A model generated the notes under the pieces. The model was not told the origin of the DNA. It saw only the letters and a program-made list of their open reading frames with translations, and ran no database searches. From Octopus vulgaris (Eukaryota): DNA of 64,000 nucleotides. Numbering within the stretch: the first letter of the stretch is position 1; the number at the start of each line of letters is the position of its first letter. The position numbers and the translations under genes were made by a program. The stretch covers positions 44,206,001 through 44,270,000 of the forward strand of contig OX597818.1 of NCBI GenBank assembly GCA_951406725.2, read 5' to 3'. Below, piece by piece: positions 1-11,617 of the stretch.

Positions 1-25
1 TTTTATTATTATCTATACAGACGAA

Positions 26-445
26 GGATCTTTTCGGTTTGAAAGGCAGTTTTTTCTAGCGGTGTCATATGAAATTGTCACCCATAATTATGACCCTAGT
101 ATCGATCTATTGCATTTCAATCTGTTTTAGGGTTAGGGTTAGTGGTGAGGGGAAGAGTATCTTTTTTTCTTCACAAATGTAAATAAACTCAATCTGTTTC
201 TTAAACGAGGGAATATTCATATGGCACAGAATGTTTTCACCTCAAATAAACGTCATTGATTGGTTGAAATTGCAGAAATTGAAGAGAAAAACCCACAGCA
301 AATATCTTACAAACTATAGAATTTTCTCAATAAAGCCAAGAGAAAAAGATGTTTTATAAACACATTCTACCAGTATACGAAGTTTAAAAGTGTTTAGTTA
401 TGTGGAAATTATTTTAAAAAACTGCCGTTCAAACCGAAAAGATCC
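26..445. mobile_element. MITE with ~30-bp TIRs, 8-bp TSD and internal (TTAGGG)n-like tract
   Basis: Left end ggatcttttcggtttgaaaggcagtttt and right end aaaactgccgttcaaaccgaaaagatcc are inverted repeats. Perfect TSD cagacgaa at 18-25 and 446-453. Second copy in opposite orientation at 36823-37255. Confidence 0.9.
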
Positions 446-810
446 CAGACGAACATAGAGGGGGACAGTACAATATGATCTGGGGGTCATTTATAATGAA
501 TGAGTTGGTTGAAAATTTATAAAAACATGATAACATCGAATGGGGTACAAAAGGCATTAACAAACAACAGGGACAACATGAGGTTAAAAGTAGACAGATT
601 TGCTCCGACCCCACGAGCCCTGCCCACTGTTTCTTTTAATTGATAGGAAAGATAAGTTTCTTGGAGATGACCATCTAAATCAGAAAATTCAAGAATATTA
701 TTTGACAGTCTGATTTAATTTTTCCCAGATGCAGTTCATGTTCAAATTAAACCCAGGTGAACCCTGACTGAGGAAATGAACCGTTCCTACCTTGGCACAC
801 TACATTATCT

Positions 811-1385
811 ATTTCTTTACTACCCACAAGGGGCTAAACACAGAGTGGACAAACGGATTAAATCGATTATATCGACCCCAGTGCGTAACTGGTACTTATT
901 TAATCGACTCCGAAAGGATGAAAGGCAAAGTCGACCTCGGCGGAATTTGAACTCAGAACGTAACGGCAGACGAAATACCTATTTCTTTACTACTAAACAC
1001 AGAGAGGACAAACAAGGACAGGCAAACGGATTAAATCGATTATATCGACCCCAGTGCGTAACTGGTACTTATTTATTCGACCCCGAAAGGATGAAAGGCA
1101 AAGTCGACCTCGGCGGAATTTGAACTCAGAACGTAACGGCAGACGAAATACCTATTTCTTTACTACCCACAAGGGGCTAAACACAGAGAGGACAAACAAG
1201 GACAGACAAACGGATTAAATCGATTATATCGACCCCAGTGCGTAACTGGTACTTATTTATTCGACCCCGAAAGGATGAAAGGCAAAGTCGACCTCGGCGG
1301 AATTTGAACTCAGAACGTAACGGCAGACGAAATACGGCTACGCATTTCGCCCAGCGTGCTAACGTTTCTGCCAGCTCGCCGCCTT
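811..1385 (-). mobile_element. tRNA-derived SINE family A, head-to-tail trimer (one full unit plus two headless units)
   Basis: On the minus strand the head ggcggcgagctggcagaa...gagttcaaattc has Pol III A/B-box-like motifs. Three ~170-bp body copies. 19-bp TSD ttggcacactacattatct at 792-810 and 1386-1404. Confidence 0.9.
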
Positions 1386-1559
1386 TTGGCACACTACATT
1401 ATCTTGTTCTAGTTTATTAACCTGTCGCAAAAGTAAAAAAATAAATGAAAAAAAGAGACGAACACTAGTTAGTTTCTGTTTATATGTAACTATGCATTTA
1501 TTTAGATTGTATCTACTTGCCACAAGGACAACGTATACAATATCTGATGGCGTATTAGA

Positions 1560-1713
1560 CTCACATTTCTTTTTAAATCGTCACAGGTTTTATATGCGAC
1601 TTTGCTTTAAAGATTATGCACCAAAACAATATTTCTTTTTTTATGAAAATGCGCTGCTGAAATCGAAGTGCGTCTAATATGCCTATGCGTTTTTAGTGCC
1701 ATTAAATACAGTG
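1560..1713. mobile_element. possible pogo/Tc2-like DNA transposon end remnant
   Basis: gtgcgtctaatatgcc...tgcgtttttagtgccattaaatacagt resembles pogo/Tc2-type MITE termini. No partner end found. Confidence 0.3.
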
Positions 1714-1917
1714 GTTCTTAGAACTTTATTTCACTTGTCTATGATGTTCAAAATTTATATTTTATACACACAATAATATTATTGAGAGAAAGAAAGGTTG
1801 GTTTAATTATTATATCAGAGGATCAGCTAGCTAAGAAACATACATAGCCTGCATTTTACCCGTTCCACTCCCTCAGATATATATATCAAAATAAGCAACA
1901 AGGGTGTCCAGAGGTAA

Positions 1918-2002
1918 TGCAGTACGATCGTTTCACGCAACTCCATTTAATTGAGCAATGCAACCTCTACATCAATTTAAATGCAGAGCAATCCTCAGCT
2001 TC
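1918..2002 (-). ncRNA. type I hammerhead ribozyme motif (inverted copy, stem I truncated)
   Basis: Minus strand reads ag-CTGAGGA...GAAAC-GATC-GTA-ctgca. Confidence 0.65.
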
Positions 2003-2117
2003 TAAGTGGAAGGAAGGGCAACAATGTTCTTTGTCTATCTCCTTAACCTCTTGGAGATTTTTGGCAAAATTATACTAATGTGCCCATCTGTTTTAATTTA
2101 ATTAAATTCTGTCTTTG

Positions 2118-2203
2118 TGCAGCTGAAGATTGCTCTGCATTTAAATTGATGTAATGGTTGCATCGTTCAATTAAATGGAGTTGCGTGAAACGATCGTACT
2201 GCA
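2118..2203 (+). ncRNA. type I hammerhead ribozyme motif
   Basis: Stem I tgcag (2118-22) pairs perfectly with ctgca (2199-2203). CTGAAGA at 2123-29, long imperfect stem II, then GAAAC-GATC-GTA (2187-98) with palindrome acgatcgt. Confidence 0.8.
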
Positions 2204-2389
2204 TTACCTCTGGAAATCCTTGTTGCTTATTTTGATTTTTATCACTTTATTTTGAAATTGTATGGATAATACCATACTAAATTCTGGTGCCTCAACTTAA
2301 GTGCCATATTCATCTAAATCTAAATTTTTGCTGAACTTACACACACATATATACACACACACACACACAGATGCTTCACAACCGATGTT

Positions 2390-2530
2390 GATTTGTTTAC
2401 GTTACTGAAATTTAGCAGTTCAGTAATATTAAACGATAAAATAAGTACCGGGCTTAAAAAAAAAATTCTGGAGTCGATTTGTTCGACAGGCGATATCCCA
2501 TCATTGTCGCAGTCAAATGACTAAAACAAA
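2390..2530 (+). mobile_element. 3' fragment of SINE family B
   Basis: Diverged match to the acaaccgatgctgg...gtcaaatgactgaaac tail of the family B copies elsewhere in the window. Confidence 0.7.
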
Positions 2531-3273
2531 ATAAAAAAAAAAAAGAAAAAAGTTTCATGTAGAGAAGCTTCATCTAAGGGAAGCAACTCTTAATTATAAG
2601 GGGAGGTAATCTATATGTGTGGTTGATAAGTTCTGTAATAATTGCTTACCTTAGTTCATTTTGTATTATTCAATAAGAAACATTCTTGGATGCTAGAAAC
2701 TATGTTGAACCGAGATCGAATAGACTTATGATCAGTGGCAGCTCGTAAATAAAATTAGTTGGGGTGCTGCTTCAAAACACTTTTAGCCGTTGTTTTAATA
2801 TTCTGTAAAAGGAAACAAACGTAAAAAAAGAAAATTTATATATAAACTTGATCAGTTCACGTTTTAGCCACGGCTAAGACAACATCCCTAAAAAAAATTC
2901 CTATCCCGTAAAAACGAAATATCTACTATAAGAATACTCTTGTGTTTTTCGCTGTCACAACATATGAATGAGAAAGAAAGGGGTGATGACAAACTGGTAG
3001 TTTCAATTCTGTGTGAGTATATGTGTCTGTGTGTGTAAAAGGGAGGTTTGAGTGTGCGTGTGTGTATGCAATGGTACTTGGATGGTGGACATTCAACACT
3101 GAAAAGAAAAATATGTATGAGTATATGCGTGTATGTGTGTGCATGCGCAAGGGAAGTATGTGAATATTTGTATGTATGAGTGTTCTTTCAGTAACAAACG
3201 GTGATCGATGTCACATCTCAAGGCAGCCACTAGATAACACTGACAAGTGTATTAATTTGATTTACCATCCATA

Positions 3274-3329
3274 TCTATATATAAGATACTTCAATTAGCC
3301 GTCGTTTTTGACGGTATAGGTCCAGCTAG
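3274..3329 (+). mobile_element. 56-bp minimal Helitron-like element
   Basis: Starts A|TCTATATATAA. Hairpin ccgtc-gttttt-gacgg at 3299-3314, then 11 nt, then ends CTAG|T. Sits between A and T with no TSD. Confidence 0.6.
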
Positions 3330-4639
3330 TTTTTCATAATAGGCTACCATGGCTAAAACTTTTGCATTACAGGTTCTTGGTGGGTGTACTTATAATCTCT
3401 TATAAGCAGTGTTCTTCGTTTATATAATATGTGCTATGTTAGAGATTCACCAAGTGGAATTTGTTTAAAATTATAAACCGAAGAAAAAGAAGAGAAAACT
3501 CAGTATTTTCACGCTCACTTTTTGATGGTTGCTTAGGTCAGAAGAAATTTGTTGAGGTGGTTTTCTATGGTCAGATGCCCCTCCCGTCACCACCCCTCAC
3601 CTGTTTTCTAGCATGGTAATTTTTTATACCCTAGTCTAACACAAAGAATCTTTCACAAATTACATCTTCTCATAATACCAGTCTGCTAAATAAAAGTTCA
3701 TTTTCTGAGAGTTTCAACATTAATTTTGTTAATACCAGCCCTTCACATAATAATAATAATAATAATAATAATAGCAATAACAACATAGTTTTGGTCTCGG
3801 AGGACAACCCCAGCAGAATTAAATTTATGTCTTATAAGTCTAAGATTAAGAATTCTATATACTAATGTAAAATTTCTTGCGGTACCAATGTCTATTTCTA
3901 TATTGGCACTTGCTCTTTCCAGTTATCTAAGAGAATTTCCAATCATTATTCTTCATTTAGGGATAGCAGTAAACGTCATAGCACAGGGCTAAGTAAATTG
4001 GTTTGGTATCTTAAAGACAACAATAATTTCAAGTTAGATTGGTTCATCCTGTCCATATCTTTTCCTTATGACAAGGGCAAAGGATTTTGTAACATTTGCA
4101 ACTCTGAACTCTTCCATATTCTCTTCTCTAAGAATTACCTTGTTAACACACTTATAGAGCGATCTTACAAATGTAAGCGCTGGCAGAAACTCACCTTTAG
4201 CTCATATAAGTGATTTATACCAGTCTGTATAGTTTGAACATTTAGTTCACCTTGCACTTTACTCCAATAGAGAAATCTACTTCCAAGCCTTTAAACATTT
4301 TTCAACCAATATATCCCTCTTTATTTGTTCTCTACTTATTATTTCTTTACCCCTTCTCTTCCTATGGTCTGCTTTTGACATCAGATTTACTAATGCTTTT
4401 TTAAAAAATACTTAATAGCATTCTGTTTATCATTTATGCAGTCATCAAAATTGTTATAATGTCTTGTTGTTGAGATATGTTCTCTTTGTTTCCTGATGAG
4501 AAGATTGCATTTTACACCGTTTATTCCTTTGGAATAAAACCAATGTTGTCTTTGAAACATATGTCGAAAGTAAAAGAATTTGAATAACACCTGTGTTCAA
4601 CTCCATTTATTTATTTATATATATATATACACAGCATTG

Positions 4640-4860
4640 CGCAGATACCTACCTGACCAGCTTCTGTCAAACCGGCCAACCACATGGAAAGAGGACATTA
4701 AACGATGATGAAGATGGTGATATCGTCGCCGCCATCATTTAGTGTCTGCTTTCCATGTTTGTATGGGTGAGATAGTTTGACAGGAGCCTGCACCAGACTT
4801 GTTTGACTGTTTTGGCAGGATTTTTACAGCTAGTTGCCCTTCCTAATACCAGCCACACAC
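4640..4860. mobile_element. two RTE-type 3' tail fragments in tail-to-tail orientation
   Basis: catggaaagaggacattaaacgatgatga on plus, followed by catcatttagtgtctgctttccatg...gcccttcctaatacc on minus. Both match the RTE 3' tail seen at 35412-36042. Confidence 0.6.
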
Positions 4861-5149
4861 CCAGTGGAGTGGACTATAATTAATAATTTTTTAATCTGGT
4901 AGCAGGACAGAAATTTGAAAAAGGAGAATGAGAAGTGAACGAAATATAGTCAATGGCAGTACTTGATTTGGGTTAATTTTCAATTCAACAATGAAAAAAT
5001 TAAATTATACTATATAGAAAAAAATTAAATATAAGATAAAAACATATACCAATGATTAAGTAATGTGCAAAATAATATTACTATTATATATTATTATTGT
5101 TATTATTATTATTATGATATATATATTCTCTTTATCTTTCTCTTTCACA

Positions 5150-5390
5150 AAGAGAATAAGGGCAAGATGGAAGGCATTAACTCAATAAAGGATTTGCTCC
5201 AAACAAAGCTATACAATGCCATATGTGCCAGACTCTTCAATAATACCATCCTACCTGTGCTTTTATATACAAGTGAGACGTAGGTCACTGTGAAGAGGAT
5301 AAAACCTTGCTATGATGCAAAGGACCATAGAAAGATCCATGATAAGAATATCCCTAAGAGAGCACATACAAAATGATAAGAATATCCCTA
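5150..5390 (+). pseudogene. decayed RTE-like LINE ORF fragment (post-RT region)
   Basis: Translation ARLFNNTILPVLLYTSET* resembles the RTE motif LFxxxILPVLLYGSETW. Confidence 0.55.
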
Positions 5391-5659
5391 TATATATATG
5401 TAAACTGCAATATACATATAGAAGCCCAAAAGAAATGGGCTTTGGTTAGACACCTGTGAAACTTTGTCACATGGTATCATATCAAATTGTTTTAGATAAT
5501 AATAATAATGATAATTCTGGTTTGTTTGTTTTAATGGCCTACCAATGTATACAGTTTGTTTCTCTGCCCTAAGTGTTAGGAAGACACTCAACAAGAAATG
5601 GAAACAGAATTGAAAAAAGATGCTAATGAAAATAATAATAATAATAATAATAAATAAGG

Positions 5660-6250
5660 ATGTGATGGTGTACAAGGATTTTGGATAAAAAAAGTTCAAT
5701 AGTTGCCATAATTAATTGCAGAGCAATTTAATGCATTGATCAATGGAAAAGAAGAAATCCTGGGCTGGTTGACAAAAGCATGAACAGTGTTGTTCCTGAA
5801 GGATGCATCAAAGAGAAATGCTGCTGACAATTACAGACCAATTTCCTACCTCCCATTAATGAGTAAGTCGCTGTCAGGAGGAATTGCAGAAGAACTGTAT
5901 AAATTTCTTGATGAGAACGATATATTACTGATGGAACAAAAAGGCTGTAGAGGAGATGCAGAGGTACTGAAGATCAACTATTGATAGACAGAATGGTAAT
6001 GCAAGGCTGTAAATGAAAGAGAACAAATTTGGATTGACTATCACAAAGCTTATGATATGATTCCACATTCATGGATCATCGAGTGCTTAGATCTGTTTGT
6101 AATTGTGAAGAATGTAATAGGTTTCCTGAAGAGAAGTATGGTGGGATGGAAAACTGAACTGACATCTTACGGAAAAAGCTTGGGCACCATAGGTATCAGA
6201 AGAGGGATTTTCCAGGGTAATAGCCTCTCTCCATTGCTTTTTGTTTTCTA
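5660..6250 (+). pseudogene. non-LTR reverse transcriptase fragment, R4/Dong-like
   Basis: Motifs [37 protein letters not shown] and GIFQGNSLSPLLFV across frameshifted ORFs 5787-5984 and 6057-6251. Confidence 0.8.
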
Positions 6251-6437
6251 GGATTGCTTCTGGTTCTATGACACAAATTTCCTGTTTTAAAATAAATCAA
6301 ATTTAAACCAGTCATTAAAATTCCATGTTAATTTATGTTCCAAACACCGTTTTAATAATGACTAAGTTATTTTATTAAATTCTTCTTTATTTTTCAAAAT
6401 TAAATGAAACAAAGAAATATGCTAAGAAATGGGTTAA
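6251..6437 (+). mobile_element. partial piggyBac-type MITE (relative of family C)
   Basis: Shares aatttatgttcc...actaagttattttactaaattc with 15393, 25658 and 34093. Ends GGG-TTAA. Confidence 0.6.
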
Positions 6438-6679
6438 TCCATGTAAGTCACAGACACTCTGCATCAGACATTCCTAAATTGGGATAAATTTTGCCTACCC
6501 TGGGGCTAAATTTGCAGATTCTTGATTTGTACATTCTTTCTTTTTTATAATTTTGAAATATCTGAAGTTGAAAAGAGATTTTATGTAAGCTTATATTGTG
6601 AAAATATACTGTTGGTTTTCCTTTCTTTGATTTTGGACATAATGATCTGTATAGTATACTTTTTAGTTGTGGTGTTCTT

Positions 6680-6889
6680 TTCTACACTAAGCAAAAAGCC
6701 CAAAACTTTTTGGGAAGGGGGCCAGTCAATTAGCTTGACCTCAGTACAAAACTGGTACTTAATTTATCGACTCCGAAAAGATGAAGGACAAAGTCGACCT
6801 TGGCAGAATTTGAACTCAGAATGTAAAGTCAGATGAAATACCACTAAGCATTTCGCCCAGCATGCTAACGTTTCTGCCAGCTTGCCGCC
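6680..6889 (-). mobile_element. SINE family A variant
   Basis: Same head and central gtcgactttg...catc...gtcgataaa region as 811-1385, with a different tail. Confidence 0.8.
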
Positions 6890-6950
6890 TTAGTTATGGT
6901 GTTACTAAAGGAGTAGACTAATTTGGAAAACTGTGTTTTGGTTCTGGTAT

Positions 6951-7362
6951 TTACTCTCTTTACTCTTTTACTCTTTTCAGTCATTTGACTGTGGCCATGC
7001 TGGAGCACTGCCTTTAGTTCAGCAAATTGATCCCAGGACTTATTCTTTGTAAGCCTAGTACTTATTCTATTGGGCTCTTTTGCCAAACCGCTAAGTTACA
7101 GGGATGTAAACACACCAGCATCGGTTGTCAAGTGATGTTAGGGGCAAACAAAGACACAAACGTATACACACACACACACACACACACATACATATATATA
7201 CACATATATACGATGGACTTCTTTCAGTTTCCGTCTACCAAATCCACTTACAAGGCTTTGGTTGACCCGAGGCTATAGTAGAAGACACTTGCCCAAGGTG
7301 CCACGCAGTGGGACTGAACCCGGAACCATGTGGTTCGTAAGCAAGCTACTTACCACACAGCC
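6951..7362 (-). mobile_element. SINE family B (tRNA-derived, CORE-like, internal (CA)/(TA) tract; octopus OR-like)
   Basis: Head ggctgtgtggtaag...gggttcagtccc, CORE-like caccttgggcaagtgtctt, (gagtaaaa)n tail. About ten near-identical copies in the window. Confidence 0.9.
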
Positions 7363-7602
7363 TAGTTAAAAAATGAGTGAAATAATATTGTTATATAACC
7401 TTAAAAAGCATTTTGAATTTCTTCTTTATTTCTTGTTTTGTTATGGTAGAAGTGTAAGCTCAAATTACTGAATAAAAAAGAGTTGCGGTATTTGACCTTT
7501 CAAAATGTTTCCAGGGAAGAGATGGGCAATGGTTAGAAGCCTCTACCCAACAGAGTTTGACACTGAAGTAGTGCTCAAATCTAGGACCTATAACATGTTC
7601 TG

Positions 7603-8030
7603 TTACTCTCTTTTACTTGTTTTGGTCATTTGATTGTGGCCATGCTGGAGCATCATCTTTAGTCAAACAAATCAACCCCAGGACTTATTCTTTGTAAGCC
7701 TAGTACTCATTCTATCGGATTCTTTTGCTGAACTGCTGAGTTACAGGGACGTAAATACACCAACATCAGTTGTCAAGCGATGTTGGGGGGGGACAAACAC
7801 AGACACACAAACACATACACACACACACACACACATGCACATATATATATATATAAATATGTATACGACAGGCTTTTTTCAGTTTCTGTCTACTAAATCC
7901 ACTCAATATGCTTTGGTCGGCCCCAAGCTATAGTAGAAGACACTTGCCCAAGGTGCCACACAGTGGAACTGAACCCAGAACCATGTGGTTGGTAAGTAAG
8001 CTACTTACCACACATCCACTCCTTCACCTA
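7603..8030 (-). mobile_element. SINE family B
   Basis: Full-length match to the other family B copies. Confidence 0.9.
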
Positions 8031-8679
8031 TAACCATTCCTGCATCTATACACAAACCTCTTAGATTGATTATCAAACCTGCTACAATCATGAGCTCACA
8101 GATGCACTGTTTCTCTCGCTTTTCACTAACACCACTACTACAACATCCTTTGTTCCTCAGAACCAGCAAGCTGCATATTGCCCCTGTCACTTTGTCAATT
8201 CAAAGCACCTGTTTCTCAGTCAGTTCAATAAATCTTACCTCTTCTCCTTTTGTAAACCTACTGTCTTTCATTCCCTTGACCCTGTGCTAAACGCTTTGCT
8301 CATGCATCTCACCTAAATTGTGAGCCTTTGGTGTTACTATCTCCTCTTCCTTCTCCCCCTCTGGTTTTCATGCTATACATCATCAACATCACAGAAGTTC
8401 AAACTGAACATTACACTCATGAATCTCACCAGTCTTGGGAGGGCTCACAAAGGTCATGAATGTTGCCCCTCCTCTTACCAATTAACCCCCACTGCCACCA
8501 CTGTAAGCAAAAACAAAACAAAAACAAGTAAACAAACAAACAAATAAACAAACAAGAAACACACTCCTGCAGATTCCCACCTCCTATCCCATACTGTCAC
8601 CATCATCACCTCTTTACCATAACTACATAACTATTACTAAAAACAAGCCTTATTACTGTTATTATTATTATTATTTACT

Positions 8680-8754
8680 CCACCACCACCACCACCACTG
8701 CAATCACTACTACTACTACTACTACTACTACTACCACTACTACTACCACTACTA

Positions 8755-8803
<49 letters not shown>

Positions 8804-8813
8804 CACCACCACT

Positions 8814-8896
<83 letters not shown>

Positions 8897-8910
8897 CACT
8901 ACTGCTACTA
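8680..8910. repeat. compound (CAC)/(TAC)n trinucleotide microsatellite
   Basis: Read directly. Explains the poly-Val ORF. Confidence 0.97.
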
Positions 8911-9486
8911 CATAGCTATTGTTTTATTGATGACATAGCTAATGTTAGTTGCTGCATGTTAAGACGTTACCTATCGGGTTACCAACATTTCTTGTCTTTT
9001 GCTGACGTTTTTGCCCCCTGCCATCTTTCTCTCTCTCCCTCCCTACCCCCTCTCTCTCTCTAATATACCTACACACACACACACACACACACACAAGCAC
9101 ATGCACAATTTTGTATCTTTCTCTCTCTCTTTCTCTCATTTTCTTTCGTTCACTGAGCTTTTACATCTACAAATAACATCAAAGTTGTTCCAACTTCTTC
9201 ACGAAAACAAGGTGTCATCTCGAATGTAATTTTGGATAGCTGCTGTTATTTTTACTGCTCGTGTTGCTATTTCTGGTGTAAGTAATGCTACATTTAGTGG
9301 CTGTGGTACTGATAGTGGTTGAGTTGTTGTTGTTGTTGTTGTTGTTGTTACATATATGTGTTGGGGGGTGGTGGATGGATTTTTAGGTGTGGAATTTCTA
9401 AATTGTAGTTGTTACTGAAGTAAACCTACTAATGTGATAGGGAGGCCAACATATTGCTGAAACCGTAAAGGATACATACATACATC

Positions 9487-9751
<265 letters not shown>

Positions 9752-9752
9752 T

Positions 9753-11148
9753 AAACTTTTGTTTTATATTTGTTCACAACATATGTTACTCTGACTTGTT
9801 TGATGTTGAACCTTTGGAAAATTTTTGTGAGCTACCTTGCTTTCATTATGTGCCCACTTTATCTAGTTAGGCCAGGGCTGTCCATTGGATAAATCAAGCA
9901 ATTGCCAAGGGTCTTAAAAAATCTGTGAGTCCCACTCAAAGTTTGAATAACTTACACAAACTTTTTTGTTTTATATTTGTTCACAATATATGTTACCTTG
10001 ACGTGTTTGATGTTGAACCTTTGGAAAATTTTTGTGAGCTCCCTTGCTTTCATTATGTTCCCCACTCTATATAGTCAGGCCAGGCAAATCAAGCAATTAC
10101 CTTGGGTTTTAAAAAATCTACATGTATCACTCAAATTTTGAACAACTTAAATAAAGTTCTTGTTTTATATTTGTTCACAAAGTATTTTACTCTGACTTGT
10201 TTGATGCTGAACCGTTAGAAAATTTTTGTGAGCTACCTTGCTTTCATTATGTGTCCCACTCTATCAAGTCAGGCCAGGGCTGCCCATTGGACAAATCAAG
10301 CAATTGCCTGGGGTTTTAAAAAATCTGTGGGCAAATTTTGAACATCTTAGACAAAGTTTTTTGTTTTATATTTGCTTGCAACATATGTTACTATGTCTCA
10401 TTTGATGTCAAACCTTTGGAAAACTTTTGTGAGCTCCCTTGCTTTCATTATGTGCCCCACTCTAACTAGTTAAGCCAGGGCTGCCCATTGGACAAATCAA
10501 CCAATTATCTTGGGTTTTAAAAACTTTGTGGTTACCACTCAAATTTTGAACAACTTAGACAAACTATTTTGTTTTATATTTGCTCAGGCTTAGGAGTAGC
10601 TTGCTTACGAACCACATGGTTCCAGGTTCAGTCCCACTGCATGGAACCTTGGGCAAGTGTCTTCTACCATAGCCTCGGTCCAACCAAAGCCTTGTGAGTG
10701 GATTTGGTAGACAGAAACTGAAAGAAGACCGTTCGTATATATGTATATATATATGTGTATGTTTGTGTGTCTGTGTTTGTCCCCCCAACATCGCTTGACA
10801 ACCGATTCTGGTGCGTTTACGTTCACGTAACTTAGTGGTTTGGCAAAGAAACCGATAGAATAAGTACTAGGCTTACAAAGAATAAGTCCTGGGGGCGATT
10901 TGCTCGACTAAAGGCGGTGCTCCAGCATGGCCACAGTCAAATGACTGAAACAAGTAAAGAGAATAACATGCGTTACTCTGACTTGTTTGATGTTGAACCT
11001 TTGGAAAATTTTCGTGAACTCCCTTGCTTTCATTATGTGCCCCACTCTATCTAGTTAGGCCAGGGCTACACATTGGACAAATCAATTACTTCAGGTTTAC
11101 AAAAATCTGTGGGCTCTACTCAAATTTTGAACAGCTAAAACAAAACTT
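9753..11148. repeat. ~200-bp tandem repeat, five diverged units, fifth interrupted by a SINE
   Basis: Unit starts near 9753, 9958, 10153, 10353 and 10561 (ttgttttatatttg...ctgacttgtttgatgttgaacctttggaaaattttt...). Unit 5 resumes at ~10965. Confidence 0.92.
10586..10965 (+). mobile_element. SINE family B inserted in the minisatellite
   Basis: Matches family B, with a deletion in the head. Confidence 0.88.
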
Positions 11149-11617
11149 CTGAATCTGACTAAAAACATGAATTTTCAAAAAACATGTAAAGGAAAGCAAT
11201 CAAAAAATAAAATAAAAACGTAACAAATAATTTTATAAACCTTAGCCTTAGAGTCTATATCAGTCAACAAAGAATTGCTGCAGTGTTTGAACTATGTCTT
11301 AGCTGTGGTAAATCATCACCAACCAAGCTACTGTACACTGTTATTATAAGCTCTTAGCTTATTATTATAAGTTCTTAGCTATATTTACCAGTCATAAATG
11401 GGAGAAGGGACATACTCTGTAAAACTGGTCCAGGGTGGTAAATACTATAGAGCCAGCTCTGTGCTTAAGCCAATTATTTCCCAGTGTCTGATGGATCACA
11501 AATATAGTCTGTTGCTAAATTCCAGGTTGGCTTATTTTTTTTTTTTTTTTGCAATTGTGACCAATAGAATAGACACCCAAATTAGGTCACCATGCCTGGA
11601 TAAATGCATCAAAATAT

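Larger units (their letters stand above)
1885..2236. mobile_element. inverted pair of hammerhead-bearing repeats (Penelope-like pLTR relic)
   Basis: 1885-2000 and 2121-2236 are ~115-bp reverse complements with a 120-bp spacer. Starts directly after a (TA)n tract. Each arm carries a hammerhead core. Confidence 0.8.

Noticed and set aside
126-152. Chromosome end or true telomere
   Set aside because: Only a few TTAGGG units, and they are internal to a TIR element present twice.
776-1420. Recurrent short ORFs resembling a small protein family (e.g. NWYLFNRLRKDERQSRPRRN, YQIHSQGFG)
   Set aside because: They are chance frames within multicopy SINEs, with inconsistent starts and stops.
3780-4330. 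Possible very old LINE C-terminal fragment
   Set aside because: No diagnostic motif could be read with confidence in any frame.
4494-4500. Isolated CTGATGA matches (also ~14128, ~56947)
   Set aside because: No flanking stems or correctly placed GAAA/NUH, so they are expected by chance.
9753-11148. Tandem ~200-bp units as a retrozyme array
   Set aside because: The size fits, but I found no CUGANGA...GAAA core with supporting stems on either strand.
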